A stretch of DNA of 48,601 nucleotides, filler included, from Bipalium vagum (Eukaryota), in the NCBI GenBank assembly GCA_037834085.1. It is 2 parts of 2 records of this genome, joined end to end, with 100 filler letters (N's around TTAATTAATTAA, not from the genome) between each part and the next. Parts side by side here need not be neighbours in the genome. Positions count along the whole stretch, not along the records: positions 1 to 23,293 come from JBBMKC010211150.1; 1 more part is not named here. One strand, given 5' to 3'. Made by a program: the position numbers and the translations under genes. How positions within the stretch are numbered: position 1 is the stretch's first letter; every line of letters begins with the position of its first letter. Shown here in pieces: positions 1-14,367 of the stretch. Under the pieces are notes generated by a model. The model made no database searches, had not been told where the DNA came from, and saw only the letters and a program-made list of their open reading frames with translations.

Positions 1-1189
1 CATTATAATTATAAGAATAATAAGAATTATTATTTATTTTTATTATTAGTTTTGTTATGTCATGGAAATACACTTTTAAACAAATAAAGTTAGTAATTCG
101 TTTATAGCGTTTAGAACAAGGGTTGTTGATTTTTATGCTTTATCGAAATAAAAATAAAAAAATTAAAAAGTATTTTCATTTTTTCATTATTTTTAAAGGC
201 AGTTTTGTCAGTTGATGAGTTTAGGTGAAAATTGAGGTTCACATGAATTGATGCAAAAGTCAATTATGATAAATGAATACGCATAGTTTAATTGGGAAGT
301 CATACATTAATTTATCCAGCTTACAAGGTTATTAGTATTATATAATTTTTAATATTTTATATTGTCAAAAATATAAATCACTTTATTTATATATAATGAT
401 ATTATCATAATAGTAATAATAATAGTAATAGTAATAATAATAATAATAATAATAATTATTATCATTATTATTATATTACTATTTAATTGTAATCATCGTC
501 AATATAATTGTCATTATTAATATTAATATCAATTATTAATTCCACTTTAATAAGGATATTCTTTGGAAAATAATTATTTTTATCATGATCAGCCTGGTAA
601 GCTAAATTAAACAAAAATTTTTTTGTTGTCTTTGGTGTTTACTTAAGAATTGGGAAAATAATCGAAAATATTTCCATACTTTATTTTATTTTCATTTTAT
701 ATTATTATTATTATTTTTGTCAAAATGAAGATAAATTTTTTAAAAATTTAATCAACGATTTCACGTAAAACAGATAAGTTAATTTAACAGTTACATTTGT
801 CAAGATTTATATTAATTTTATTAATAATTTTCACTTGATTAAATTGATAAAAGCCAAAAAAAGTTTGATTTGGAAAAACTTAAAAATATTCGATATTTTT
901 TTGAAAAAATTTTTTCTTTTTTTTACATTTTATGAAATTTGAATATTAATTTATTGGTATAATATTCGTAAAACAGTTATTAAATCGATAAATAATCAAT
1001 ATTCTAAATTGACATTTTGTTCGATATACTCTGAAGTCTTGTTGAACTAATATATTTTTGCTCACCATAAATGTGGTCGACATGAAATGAGAATATTTTC
1101 AAAGTTGTTTTAAACGTCTCTCTTTTAAATCTGCGACCTTCATTTGTTTAACTAAGTTAATTTATGAATAATATTAATTATGGAAAATT

Positions 1190-1830
1190 ATTTTTAAAAA
1201 ATTTTAGAAATGATGACAGATTATGATAAAGGATCAGCAGTGCTTTAATCGCTTCGCACCAGGAAAACGCTCAAAAAATTACTAATTAGTTTGACTATAG
1301 CAAGACAACAGTTTACAACATCGCAACTCTTATCCTCTGATGAAGATATCTCTTGACAGAAAAGTAAAAATCAGGTGGTAAACTTAAGACAAATGCTTTA
1401 CATAATGACATGTGACATGATAGCACCGTGTTTTTAAAGTCTTCTTCAATTTGAAAAATTCCTTCAAGACTAGAAAATCAATCGGCAAAATACCAGCTGG
1501 ATCTTCTAGCATACATCTGATGTTCCGACGATTATATATTCTACGTTTCTAGTAATTTTCATAGTATTGTGTGTAATATTCTCGAGAAAGGATTTGTAGT
1601 CAACCTAGAGAGATATATCAAGATAGTGGAGACCGTTGTAAAACCCTGGATCGATGAGGTAGTCACTGGAAGAAAGAATGTCTAACAAGAGTCTGCTCCA
1701 GCTCATAAAAAAGCACAATTATACATTGGTTTATGAAAATCTAACTTATTATTGGTTACCCTATCCATGGCTTCATTGCAACACTGACTACAATCCTCTA
1801 ACAACTGTTAACAGACAAGGTCATTAATAA
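1190..1830 (+). mobile_element. Decayed Tc1/mariner-superfamily (maT-like) transposase relic
   Basis: Frameshifted fragments VETVVKPWIDEV, *QESAPAHK (QQDxAPAH, second D region) and DYNPL (SPDLNP). No intact ORF and no clear TIRs. Confidence 0.6.
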
Positions 1831-2421
1831 AATTTACAAAAGATGTAAAAACAGGGTCAGTTTTAGATATAAAAAGACTTTGGCGACATTATCATAGATT
1901 CAGTAGTTATCATTTAACATTTTGATATTAATTCAATAATCTATTGCTAAGAATACTAAATTTTGCTCATTATCAAGAAATATAGATTAGTACAAAAATT
2001 ACATTTCAAATTACAGTCTAAGAGTTCTTCACTTTCTTAATACCACTTCATAAAACTGGTTGGATAGGAAGCTTGAGGAAGGCAATGGGAAGGGAATGAA
2101 AGAATATATTTCTGAGAACACTTTTTACACCGAACACACCAACGTTTTGTCCAAAGTCATTATTTCCTTTACAATGACAATTAAAAATTTGGTTACGTAG
2201 TACTAGACAAGGCCAGACATCTTAAATTGATTGTACTTTGCACATTCTGTCTTGGTTTTATTTAATATGTAGTCAAGATCATGACGATACAGACATACAT
2301 TGAACCAAGCATATTTATATTAGTCAAACAATATTTAGTTTTTTATTAATGACTTAATCAAGATAAATTAAAATATGACAAACTTAAAATTGAAAAATTA
2401 AAAATAAAAATAATAATATTA

Positions 2422-4014
2422 CAATGACTCCCATATGTTTTGAGCCACCATGTAAAAATAAAAATAGTAGTAGGTTATGGTTTAAATTAAAAGTTTAATG
2501 ACTTGAACTACTCTAATTTAGATACATTCGATACATTAGATAGTTTTATATTCCAGTAAAAATTATTACAAATAAATGTTTTATAATGATTAAAATACAT
2601 TTTTTATAATAAGGTATTTTTTTTTAAAAAATTGATGTTATTTAAATATATAAACTATTTTATGGATTAAATTAATTTTTAAAATAAAAAACATTTTAAT
2701 AATGATTAAGTAATATATATTTTTGATTTTAGAAATTCTTTTGTTAAATATGGCTAAGATATCAATAGACAGTAGAAAACAAGTCATTAAAAAATTGAAA
2801 GAAAGTTTGTGTCAGAGGAAAGTTTCAAATAAACTCGATATTTCAAGGAATGCTGTTCAACTTATTATACGGAAGCTTCAAGAACATGGAACATTTAAAA
2901 ACTTATGTAAAAGTGGTCGTAAGCCGAAAAATGCGCAAAGATCAGAAAGATCACTTATTCGGATATCAAAGCAAAATCCCCAGAAAACAGTACGTGATCT
3001 TTTGATTGATTGGAAATCATAACAAACTTCCTCAGCTAGTATTGTAAAGCACATCCTGAGAAACTATGACTTTTTCGAACGAATCGCAGAAAAGAAACGA
3101 TATTTATATGAGCGGCTTATCAAAAATCTCTAAATGTGATGCAGAGATTAAAGCAAACTGCTTCCTTCTTTTTGGAATAAGGTGACTTTTACTGATGAAA
3201 GCCTGATAGAAATATTCTCTAGAAGAAGGGAATACGTCTGCAGACCGCAATGATCACTGTTAAATTTTGAAAAAAGAGTTTGATGGTTTGGGGCGAAATC
3301 AAAGAAAATGGCACCAGAGTTCTCATAAGGTTCAGATCGGATGAATTCTGATGCCTACAAGGAATGTATTGAAGAAAGGGTTGCTGCCAATATATGAGAC
3401 AGAATATATTTCAACAAGACTGAGCTTCATGCCAGAAGTCAAGATTGTTGACTTAATTTTTGGAGAAATCCAAGTTATGTGTGCTGAGTAATTGACCGAC
3501 TCAATCACCGGATCTTGAGTCGCTGTGGACTGATCTGAAAGTTAGAGTTGCTCTGTGTAGACAGGCAAATATCGAAGCACTGTGAAAGAATTCGGAGGAA
3601 AATTTGTTGTTGATTACAACATCTAAGATTAAAAATCTTTATGAAAGCATAGCAAAAGGATCCAAAAGGTAATTAAAAATAAAGATATGAATACAAGGTA
3701 CTAATCTTGAATATTTTAAATGTTCATGAGGTTGACTGTTTTTTAAAATGTGTTTGATCATTTGAAATGTAAATAAAAGATGTTTTACTGATGTTTTAGT
3801 ATTGTATTCAAAATGACTTAAAATTGATGTTTTAGAAAAAATCGGTTTTTCTACATTTACAAAAGCAATGCTTTGGAAATTTTTGATTGGAAACATGTAA
3901 TTCAAGATATTCTCTCATATAGTTAAATAAAGACTAAATCAAAGTATTTATAGTATTATACATCTACCATTTTACGGAAATTATAAGGTTTGCCCAAAAA
4001 ATATGGAAGAACTG
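2422..4014 (+). mobile_element. Tc1-family DNA transposon, full length but pseudogenised
   Basis: Degenerate TIRs TA|CAATGACTCCCATATGTTTTGAGC and GCCCAAAAAATATGGAAGAACTG|TA with TA target. Paired-like HTH with GRKPK in ORF 2723-3022. FTDES, FQQD and PTQSPDL motifs follow downstream with stops and frameshifts. Confidence 0.88.
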
Positions 4015-5879
4015 TATAATTTTTATTTATATTAATTAAAAATTTTTATTAATATTTTTTTACAATTTTTATTGATTTAACTTTTTTTAATAATTTTTTT
4101 TCCATCAAAATATTATGTTAATTGAAATTAAATTTTTTATTATTTTATTAAATTGATTTTATTTATACCAATTAAAATTGTTTATAGATTACAATTAGTA
4201 TTATTAAAATAATAAAACAAATTTTACAATATAACGGAAATTTTAAATTTCAGACATTTCAATTTTTTATTGTTTTGTTTAATTATCATAAAATCTAGAA
4301 AAATTGAAAAAAAATTAAATTTTCAGTAATAAAAACAAGTGAATACTATATTCATTTAAAACAAAAAAGGATCCAGGATTAAAAACACGGGAATATATTT
4401 CTAGGTAGTAGTAAAACCTGAAAATAATTTTCAATTATTTCCTAATTATCTTTTCACTTTATCAGTAAAACATAAAAAGACCATTTATCTTAATATGGAA
4501 AATTAACTTAAATATAATTATCTAATTTTCTCTTTGATGTGCGTTCTCTCTGCATAATTATATTAATTAATTAATATTATAATATTAATATATACTTTTT
4601 AAAAAAATTGTTAAACATTTGATCAAATCGAATGGTTTCTCTTTGTCAAATTATTTTAATTAATTGTTAATTTAGCGAATTACAATTTAATTTAAATATT
4701 GTCAAAATTGGTTTTATTGAAAAGATCGAATCCAAAATTTGAACAATATTAAGGGAAAATATTAATAATTTTAAATTGAAACGGTTGACAGAATTCCAAA
4801 AATGGCAGAAATAAGAATAATTTTCCTTTATTATTAATACTAAAATATAATTAAAAATGATAACTATTGCAATTAAAACAAATCCTTGACAATAATCACA
4901 AAACTTGGTTTTAAATATAATTATATAATTATAAAAATTATTATTATTTACATAATTATTATTTCTAATTATAAATTTTAATTATCAGAATAAAAGATCA
5001 AATATTAATTATATTTTAATAAATTTTCCTTTGTCATTAATTATTTTATTCAATTTAGGCTCGTTTTTGTCATTTAATTGTTTATCATGAAAATTTATGC
5101 GAAATCTTTATTATTTACCGTAAATATTAATTTTCCTTTTTTCACTTTTCTCGATGTTTATCAGATATCTATTTGCATAATAATCTTTTATTTCCTTTCA
5201 AATAAGGAATAATTTAGTTGAGAGTATTAAAAGTCAGGAAATTGTGTTGAAAATAAATATAAGTCGATTAAAAATAAAAGTTAATCATGTTTTAATTCTT
5301 AAAAAAAATAATACAAAATTATAAAATAATTAATACAAATAAAATAATAGATGATCATTTTACCAGTTATTTTAACTTTAAAGGAACTATTTGCAAAATT
5401 TATTTTATTATAAAGTATTTATACTGTATAAAGATGCAGTCACTTATTTAAAGGCAACCATAACATTTTCAAATTAAATTAAAATAATAATTTTGTGTAA
5501 TTAATTTATTAGTTCGCTGCATTAATTCTTGCTATTTGTTTTAATTAACTAATTTATAAAATATTTCAGCGATAATTTAAATCACTTTGTAAGATTTGTT
5601 AATTATTAATATTTAAATGTTAAAATAATGGTATATTATTTAGTTATGTTATATAAACCAATATATTTAATATAATCAGTATTATTCCAAAAAAGCAAAT
5701 TTGCTGAAGGCGTTGCTTTTTCGGAAGTGGTATGTGAAATTTGCAAAAGGTAACGAAAACTGATCAAACGTCAGAACTATTTACTGATCAAGGTGAAATT
5801 AAATTTAAGTCAAACATCTTAAGATCTTAAGACAAATTCAAGATATTTGAAAGCGGTTTGTAAGGTTGAACAGTTACTC

Positions 5880-6350
5880 TCTAGTGGTTTGTAGTTGGTT
5901 TCATGCTCTTTTTACTAATACGATATCCTGACGAGACTTTCACAGCAGACAAGTTTGATCTGATGTAGGAATAATACACCAAAAATTAGGCATTAAGTAG
6001 CCCTAAATGATCAATTAGAAAGAAGTATTCAGAAAAACTTTGCAAAAGCTAATTTTCTTTAAGCATGTTTACAATTTTCTTGCTAGAAAAACCTTTACAA
6101 ATTGAGAGTTTATTGAAAGGACCATCATGGATTTCATCAGTTCTAGAAACTCAGATTTTAATATAAATGTAATTCAAAACTTGGTAACTCATTGACCAAA
6201 AATATTGAGTGCCATGCTTTGTAATACGATTTTTATTGTTCCTATTCTAGTTTATAGTGGTTCTAGGTCTTACCATTCTTTAAATAAAATCAAGAAAAAT
6301 ATGATATGCTTGGATAAAAAAGATAGTCAAAGTATATGTTCGTTCGTATT
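5880..6350 (-). mobile_element. Possible LINE (L2/CR1-like) RT C-terminal relic
   Basis: Minus-strand fragments VTKF...NKLS...LVYYSYIRSNL resemble the post-RT region of LINEs. Heavily decayed. Confidence 0.35.
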
Positions 6351-6836
6351 TTTCAAATGAGTTTTTGTCCAAATTCTGGTTGTATTTAGTAAGTATTATA
6401 CATTATTGAAAGTTAATTATCCATTGTACATAACTGTGTTTTACTAACTAATTTAAAATATTTACTTTGCGGATATTTTAAATTGAATTAAGGAATTTTT
6501 TTGATAAAGAGATATATACGGAGTGGTTTGAAATATGTTTTGAATGGATTTTTTTAAAATAGAGATCTCGTTTATATTAGCGTAAATTTTAAATTCCTAA
6601 ATCAAGTTTTCAAAATTTGATATTAAAATGTTATAAATTGGATTTTAAATTAAAGTTTCTAAAATGTTTAATTATAATTAGTAATTAAAAGTCACAGTGA
6701 TAATATTCACTTTTATTAATGAATCATGATTAAAAAGTTAAGACATAAAATTGCCTAAAAATATATTATTAATATATTCAGAATAATAAAGTTTAATGTC
6801 GAAATGATAAAACCAAGGAAAAATAATTATAATTAC

Positions 6837-9800
6837 TTGGAATGAGGTTAGGATAGCTGCTATGAAGTCTTGTACAAGTGCTACACTATGGTCTTCGGAG
6901 GACATAAAAAAGAAAATATTTTGAATTCCCAAAACCGGAAAAAGAATGAAAATTGCTCGGGCTGTCTTTCTAAAATATATTTTCATGAAGTTTTCGTGAT
7001 AATATATAATTTTTTATAATCTTTATTATTATTTTTGATTTAATATATGGTGGTGCTACCAAAATAAAACCCAAACCAATTTTACATTTCAAACAAAGCA
7101 AAAGAGCGGTTTAGCCCTACTATCACAAGGTTGTGACTTTGAGTCACAAAGCTTTGGCCCATAGTAATATGTGCAAAAATAAAGTTTTTTGTAAAGTTAC
7201 TTTTCTCTATAGAAGTATTTATATTTTATGATTAATATTTCTTTTTACACAATAAATGACGTAATCAATAAGACTTTGGGTCTCAATTTGATCTTTTACA
7301 TAACTGTTTTAACCCAGTGTGAATAGTGTTACTAAGTAAGAAAAAATGACCTTCGAATGATAAAACATTTCATTTCAAATGAGTATAATTATTTTTGATA
7401 AACGCAGTTTAAACTAATCGATGTCAAACATTCTTGACAAGATGAAAATTCATTTAGAATGGTTTTGAAACATTATATTTTAAGTATAATAGATACGAAA
7501 ATATTAAACATTTTCTATCATGTTTTTTCGTATAAAATTCCCTTGTGGAGTTATGAGCATAGAGGTTTCAAAAAGTTTTGAAACCCCTAAAACATTAGAA
7601 AAATCTGTGAATCCAACTCTTCTTGACATGAGATTAGCCCTTAATGTGTATATGAATAGGATGAGAATGTTATCCTTTGTATTCACATTTCTAATTAATT
7701 TCTTTTTTTCTTTAATACCATTGTTCAAACTCGGACCCACAACCCTAATCCTCTTGGAATTATCCTTGTAAAGGTAAAATAATAAATTATGATACTACAA
7801 CTAAAATTTTATAATATGATACATATTAATAAATATAATATAATTAATATATCATATTATAAGATCCTTTTTTACGGCCAAATAAAGGAATGGGTTTTCA
7901 GTTAGAAAAATCAAATGTGAATTTGTCAATAATTCATTATTTGTTTTAATATCTTGGAACAAATTAAATATTTGAGAAATGTACAGAGATCTATACGGAA
8001 TTTATCTTCAAAATAAGCTTTGTTTTTGTCAAAGTATATTGTCTTGCTTATTGAAATTGATTTATTGAATTGTCCGTGTTCAGATACCTTTTTCTTCGTA
8101 ACTCTCACTCACACTGATACACTTTTTCAAGGGTTTATCTTATACTTCTGTACCTTTTGAAAAACCTTCATTTAAACGCCTTCAACTCAGATATAAATGA
8201 TTTTTAAAATTTTTAATTCGAATTTTTAAAATATTTCTTAAAAAGTAAAAACCTTTTCATTACAGAATTCAGCAAAGAGCCAAAAGAATTTTAAGACTTC
8301 TTCTTTTAAGAAAACAAGATTTGAATATAAAAATAAATAGTTTTTTTTTCGCTACGTAAATTATGTGAAGAAAAAAAACGCGTTATTTTTTTTTTTGAAA
8401 ATTTTCCCATAAAATTTTAATAATGAAATATAATATAATATTTTTTATTTATATTTTCACTTAGTTATTATATTATCTCATCATTTTCTCTGTTTTTTAC
8501 TTCATATTTTAAGTAATATGAAAAAAATTTTTTCAAATTTTAAAAAGTTAATACTTGGTATGTATACTTTTGGGTCGATAAAATACCAAAACTTTAACTT
8601 TAAACCGAGTAAATAGTTTGATAGTTACATCTGGCTAAATTCCGCACCATGCCTAAAGTATGGAATTCATGTCTGATGTTTGTGATGTTCTAATATTATT
8701 TTCTTCTAGAAATGTTCTTATTAACTTTGAAGTATGTTTTGGACCATTATCTTATTGAAAAATATATGTAGACAGATCAAACTCGTCCACAAAAATAGAA
8801 AGATTGTTAGCTAAAATATTAATTGCATTCATTCTCCTATCGATAAAAGCAAATCCTCAAACATCATAATATGACAAACAATCACATACTATAACATCAG
8901 CTCTACCATAATTCAATTGTGGAGCTAAAATGCCTAAAATCATAATTATTTCCAGGTTTACTCGATACACTGGCCTTCGAATTGCAGTAAAATAAGGGTA
9001 AATTTTGATTCATCACCAAAAACACAGCCTTTACTTTTTCCATACTCATTTTAGGACCATACCAGAAATACTATCTCTCAGTTTGATGTTTTCCTTTGAT
9101 AAGAGAAGTTTTTTACATTGGAAAAGTTCTACACCTAAACGAATTTAGCCATTTCTGTATTGTCATTTGTGATAATTTAATACCAGGAATATTTTTGACA
9201 CTGGATTGAATTTCTCGTATTGATTATCAAGGATTTTTAGCGATTTAAGACTGTATCAATCTGATTACGCTATCAAATAATAATGAAATTCTTCCACTTA
9301 TTTGCAAATGAATAGAGGTATGAAACTTTCACATTTGGCTTTAATTCGACTAGTAAAAGAGATATATTTAAAAAATTGGTGAACTTAAATGTCTTTTCCA
9401 GCAAAAAAACTTGCTTTCTTTCATCTTATTTTAATTTTTTTGGCATTTGAAATTATTTGAATGCACTTGTAACAAGTTGTCCTTACTTCAAAACAAAAAA
9501 TTAAAAATGCTGTGTTTTATTTATTTACAAAAATATTTATTTAATATTTAAATATCAACAATCAAATTTTAATTGATACGATAAAACAATTACTCGAGTT
9601 ATTACATAAGAATGTTAGTTCATACACAATATAAGCATTTAATTACTAATTTTCATTAATAAAATTTCTTGGGAAGAATTTAGAAATTCTAAGTGTTGCA
9701 GTTTTTCTTTGCATACTGCATATCTTGTATCAAGAGTTCATATAATATTTTGTTTTAATAACAAAATTCTTTTATTTAATCTACGGTTTATATACACATT

Positions 9801-12800
9801 AAATTGAAGATTGAAATAAAATTACAGTGAAACTATATATTATTAATCATAATAATAAAACGAATAAAAGATCAATAATAAAATAGGACTCTGATGTCAT
9901 GAAAGAAATTTCCTAGATAAAAAAGTTCTGATACAAAAATTATCGCTTTGAAGAAAACATTTTTTCCTTTTTCCCCATTAAAAAAGCTATGATTTATATT
10001 GAAATTTCCCATTTTCCCCATGAGAGTGTTTGATTGAACTATTTCTTTAATCAATTCATTCTTTTAATGTTTTTATTAAAAATAATTTTTACTATTTTCA
10101 TTCCAAATAATTAAACACACTTTAGTTACATAAATACTTTTCCGATTATTGTCGTCCTTCTGTCTCTAAAAGGTAAAGGGTGTCTCTGCCACACTTCATT
10201 TAGAGTTGATTCTTTTGAAAATGTCAGTCGACTGAATTATAATGGTATTTTCCACTCATTTATTTTCTAAGAGTGCTTGATTCCAAACCATTGGTTTGAG
10301 AAATCTGTCGTTCTTTAGCATGAGTGAATTAAAATATCTTCATTTTCATGAAATATTTACTTAGAAACCCTGACGATTAAGCCGGTTCCTATTTCCTTTT
10401 TAGTGTATTTCTCATCAACCAGATCAAATAATTACTAATTGATTACCACAATTATCCTGATTGCGGAATTATAATTGATAATATTTCTATATTATAGACA
10501 GGCTTCTTCCATGATAATGACAGTGGTGACTTTTTATAGCAATGATCACTGGTTTTTAATTCAAAATCGGAAATTGATATTTCGGTGATTATTTAACAAA
10601 AAGACAATTTTTTTGAGGAAATATACAAAACAGACGATATTTTCCTAGCCCCTCTCCATATGGATAATGAAACGGTTCGTTTTTGTTAAGGGGAGCTAAA
10701 TAAAAAAGTCTCACAATTTCTGTCATCTGCTAAATATTTTCCGGATAGAAAGGAGAAATATATAATCTGTTTTGTCAATTATTAATATTATTAATATTAA
10801 TATTAAGTGATGTCCTTCAATCAACTTTCTTTTCTGTTCCAAACTTTATCCTTTAATAAAATTCAATGTTAGTCTTAATTTTATTATTTACAAAAATTGT
10901 TTTAAAAATCTAATATTACTAAATATTAAAGAAATTTAATAATTAATAAAATGTTAATGTTATATATTATTAATATAATAATAATAATAGTAATCGTTTT
11001 TTAGAGGATTTTATAAATACTAAATCTATAAATAGAAATATCATTAAAACAACGAATACTGAATTTTAATTTCAATAAATATATCTCTATTAAAGATGCT
11101 ATTAACAAAACGGATTTGATAAAAAATAATTAGAAAATTTTAAAAAAGAAATGATGCAAGCACTGAATAATGGATATATTTTTGCAATTAAAGAATAAAA
11201 AGAATTCATAGCCTGACAAATAAGACAAATTGATATTTAAAAATAATTTTATTACTCAGTATAATATCTCTTAAGATCAATACAATTATCCCAACGATTC
11301 TTCAACTGAAGAATTCAGTTCGTAACATTTTCCCAGGAACCTTTTGAAATAATCTTCTACAGCTGCTACCACTTCCCAATTTCTTGAGAAACATTTTTCA
11401 TTCAGGAATTTTTTGATGTTTGGAAATATCATAGTAGGAAACCTGATGAATCCCAATCTGAGCAATATAATGGATGTTTCAATAATGTGCAATGTAAGTT
11501 ATATTTGTCATGGGAAGAACATGTATTTGTGAGCAGGTGCATTATCCTGATGGGCATTTTTTTAAAAATCAGGGTCTTTTAACAGGAATCTTTTTTTCAA
11601 ACTTGTCCAGGAGTTTAATATTATGCTCCAGTTATTGTTTTATCGTTTTGAATATAATCAATTAACAAAATTCCTTTGATTCCAGAAAATTTGATGCCAA
11701 TATATTTTTGACTGATCTGGTTATTTTCGGTTGCTTTGGAGATGAACTACTGGCTTCGACTCATCCTCTGCACTTTGGATCTGTGGACTTAGAATCATAA
11801 TTATGAAGCCAAATTTTCTTCTATAGTTACAAGTCTCTAGATAAAATCAGTATTATATTTTCTAAAGTAATTCAAATGTTGGTGAGAAAGTTTTGTTTCA
11901 TTGATGATTTTCTGTTAACAATCATGATAGTTATCTTATTATTTTCTTTCGAGACATTGGTCTTTTTTCAAGATATGAAATACTTAATATACATGTCCAC
12001 ATCCAGAGAAATCGCATATAAAATGAATCGTTTGTTATTGCTTAAAATAACAAAGATGCAATTGATATTTTCTTCAGCGGTAGCAGTTTTTGAAGGTACA
12101 TCATTCCCTGTAACATCCACAAGGTGATTCAAAGTTTGTTTATCAGTTAAATCTTTTAATAAAAATATTCAATTATTGAATGTTGCTTAAAATTTTTGTT
12201 TTCTGAAATAACGCCAAACACACCTATTTAAACAACCACTGTCAATAGAAAATGTTATAACCAGTTTCTAATTTTATGTATTGACATATGAGATGGTCCA
12301 TTTAAAAACAGTGCATGAATTTAATTTGTAATTTTGTTATTTACGTAGGTTAAAAATTTTTCAACTGTCCTCGTAGAATTTTTATATCTCTTTCAGCACA
12401 AAATTTCTCTGAAAAACTATTTCTACATTTTCTAGAATTCCTATTTTGAGCTTTTTCTGGATAAAACTTAACTATGCCGAATTCTATTCCCATTAAATAG
12501 AATACAGTAATAAAAGTTCGAGTTCGCGTTACTCAATAATCAAGGTGTTTTTTTTTACTTTGAATTGACTAACTCGAAATAACTCATCTTTGATTCAAAC
12601 TTAAAAGAAATTTGACCATCTGATTCTCTACTTCTTCTTTTTTCATTTCATACTAATCTTCCTCAAATCATTACCGATTCTGATCATTAGATCACTTTTA
12701 ACAAGTTAGAAATCGCTCTCGGGAATTTTTCAGGTGCAACATCCGGTGTATGAGCTTGTTGGAATATCACCCTTCTTGGATAAAGGGGTCTACATTAATC

Positions 12801-13679
12801 TTATGAATAATAATATAACAAAGATTTTGTGCCATCGATTTTATTCTGGAAGTCTAAAGACTTCAATTTTCATAATGAATTACTAAAACTTTGTTGTTAT
12901 AATACCCAATGCTATAAAAAAACGGTCCTGAAAAGAAACATTTAAAATTGTGAAAATAATTAGATAAATAAGATTTGTTAGAAATTCATTTGTTATACTT
13001 TGTTTGGAATTAAAAACTCTGTAATATAGTAAGTTATTGATTAAAAAATGTATTCCAATAAAAGTTTATAATTATTTTACATCTAGCATTTTAAGAAATG
13101 AAACTTTCAAAACAATGTCTCGGACGTCTTGTTTCCCTCGGAATCCTGACATCAAAATGTTTAAGAAACTCACTGGCCAATATAGAAGAACTGTAATGAA
13201 AGATCTGAATAAGATTTGTGAAGAAAATACCATTGAAAGGCAAGTTAAAAGTGGAAGACCGCAAAAATTTGGAATTAATAATAAAAGACGACTCTCAATT
13301 ATCCTTGAAAAATAGTCACATATCATCACAAGTAGTCACATATAGTCACAGGTAGAGAAGACGTCCTACTGCAGCTCCAAGTACAATAAGAAAATATTTA
13401 AATGAGATGGGGATATGGTGGAGAAAACACAAAATATTAAATTTTATTATATTTATTCTGTGTAAATATGTCTTTAATAAAAAAAACCTTTTATAATAAA
13501 GTTCATTATCTTAGAGTAATTTGCATTTAAAAAGTAAAACTTTTTATAGCAATGGGTATAATGAAATTAATGATAAGATATTTAATAAATTACCTCCACT
13601 GCTTCTGCTCGCGACTCATGGGATGCCACAACTTTGTCAGTAAGATTTTCAAAATGACAATGACAATGAAAAGATTGGC
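6837..13679 (-). CDS. Class B (secretin/calcitonin/DH31/CRF-type) GPCR, two internal exons covering TM5-ICL3-TM6-TM7
   Basis: Exons are 13679-13594 (cag|ANLFIVIVILKILLTKLWHPMSREQKQWR|gtaatt, phase 2) and 6969-6837 (tag|KTARAIFILFPVLGIQNIFFFMSSEDHSVALVQDFIAAILTSFQ|gtaatt). Phases are compatible. The N..I..IL.TKL, RK..RA..IL.P.LG and SFQ motifs and the intron positions match class B GPCR genes. Other exons were not found. Confidence 0.85.
8520..9720 (-). mobile_element. Decayed Tc1 transposon in the GPCR intron
   Basis: Minus-strand AVFFGDESK, YIFQ*DNGPKHT and DMNSI motifs; CAGT-type end near 9720. Confidence 0.75.
11260..12375 (-). mobile_element. Decayed mariner (DD34D) transposon in the GPCR intron
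   Basis: HQDNAPAH motif; C-terminal FPNIKKFLNEKCFSRNWEVVAAVEDYF (ORF 11286-11492); terminus TACGAGGACAGTTGAAAAA at 12375. Confidence 0.78.
12903..13558 (+). mobile_element. Internally deleted, non-autonomous Tc1 element
   Basis: TIR pair TACCCAATGCTATAAAAA / TTTTTATAGCAATGGGTA. Only the HTH region with SGRPQK remains (ORF 13037-13315); no DDE domain. Confidence 0.8.
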
Positions 13680-13889
13680 CTGAAACAAAAAATGTAATTT
13701 TTTCTTTTCTAATAATAGTTTTTAAGAAAATGTCCGATTAAAATTTATTGAAAAAACCAATATGTTGAGGAAAATTGGTATTTTGATCTATAATTAGTCG
13801 CTTTAAAATTTTTTTTAATGAAATCAATAAAACAAACAATTTATTATAAATAGCAAGAGGTCCTTTAAAAAATATTGTTCTATCTTTCA

Positions 13890-14200
13890 ACGATTGAAAA
13901 GCTTTTTATTGAGACAGCCTTGAGAGACATTGCCTAAATAGTTACACCTGAGTGCCAAGTGAAAAGGTGGAGAAATCAATATTAAGAACTCAATTCTGTT
14001 GAGCTTCAACTCACAATGGAATTGGTAAAGTATAATTTGACTTGTAATTGTAATTGTTTTTGCACAACCCTTGACAAATTGGTGATCATTGGAGGTCTAA
14101 CAAACAGCTCTTTTCTTACATTCAAAAACCATCGATTAAACCATTTATGGTTACTTTTCTTAATTAAACAGGTTTTTTTAAAAACTATTTTTACGACAGG
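13890..14200 (-). mobile_element. LINE RT N-terminal relic
   Basis: Minus-strand RPPMITNLSRVVQKQLQLQVKLYF resembles YRPISLxxxLSKxxEKxxxxQLxxYL. Confidence 0.5.
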
Positions 14201-14367
14201 GTTTATATTGAGAACTTTTTAATATTTACAATAATAATAATTGTAATAAAAATTGAAATCTTAAGTGGAAAAGAAAAATCTTTTTTTGAATAATGATATA
14301 TTATTTATAAAGATTATATTAAAAAATTATTAACTTCAGAAATGATGGGACCATTAAGACCATAAAC

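Noticed and set aside
6693-7165. CACAGTG and CTATGGGCCA motifs suggesting Transib/Chapaev ends
   Set aside because: No matching TIR pair, TSD or transposase motif.
7504-7771. Overlapping antiparallel ORFs inside the GPCR intron
   Set aside because: No motifs or convincing splice sites; the flanking GPCR exons join in phase without them.
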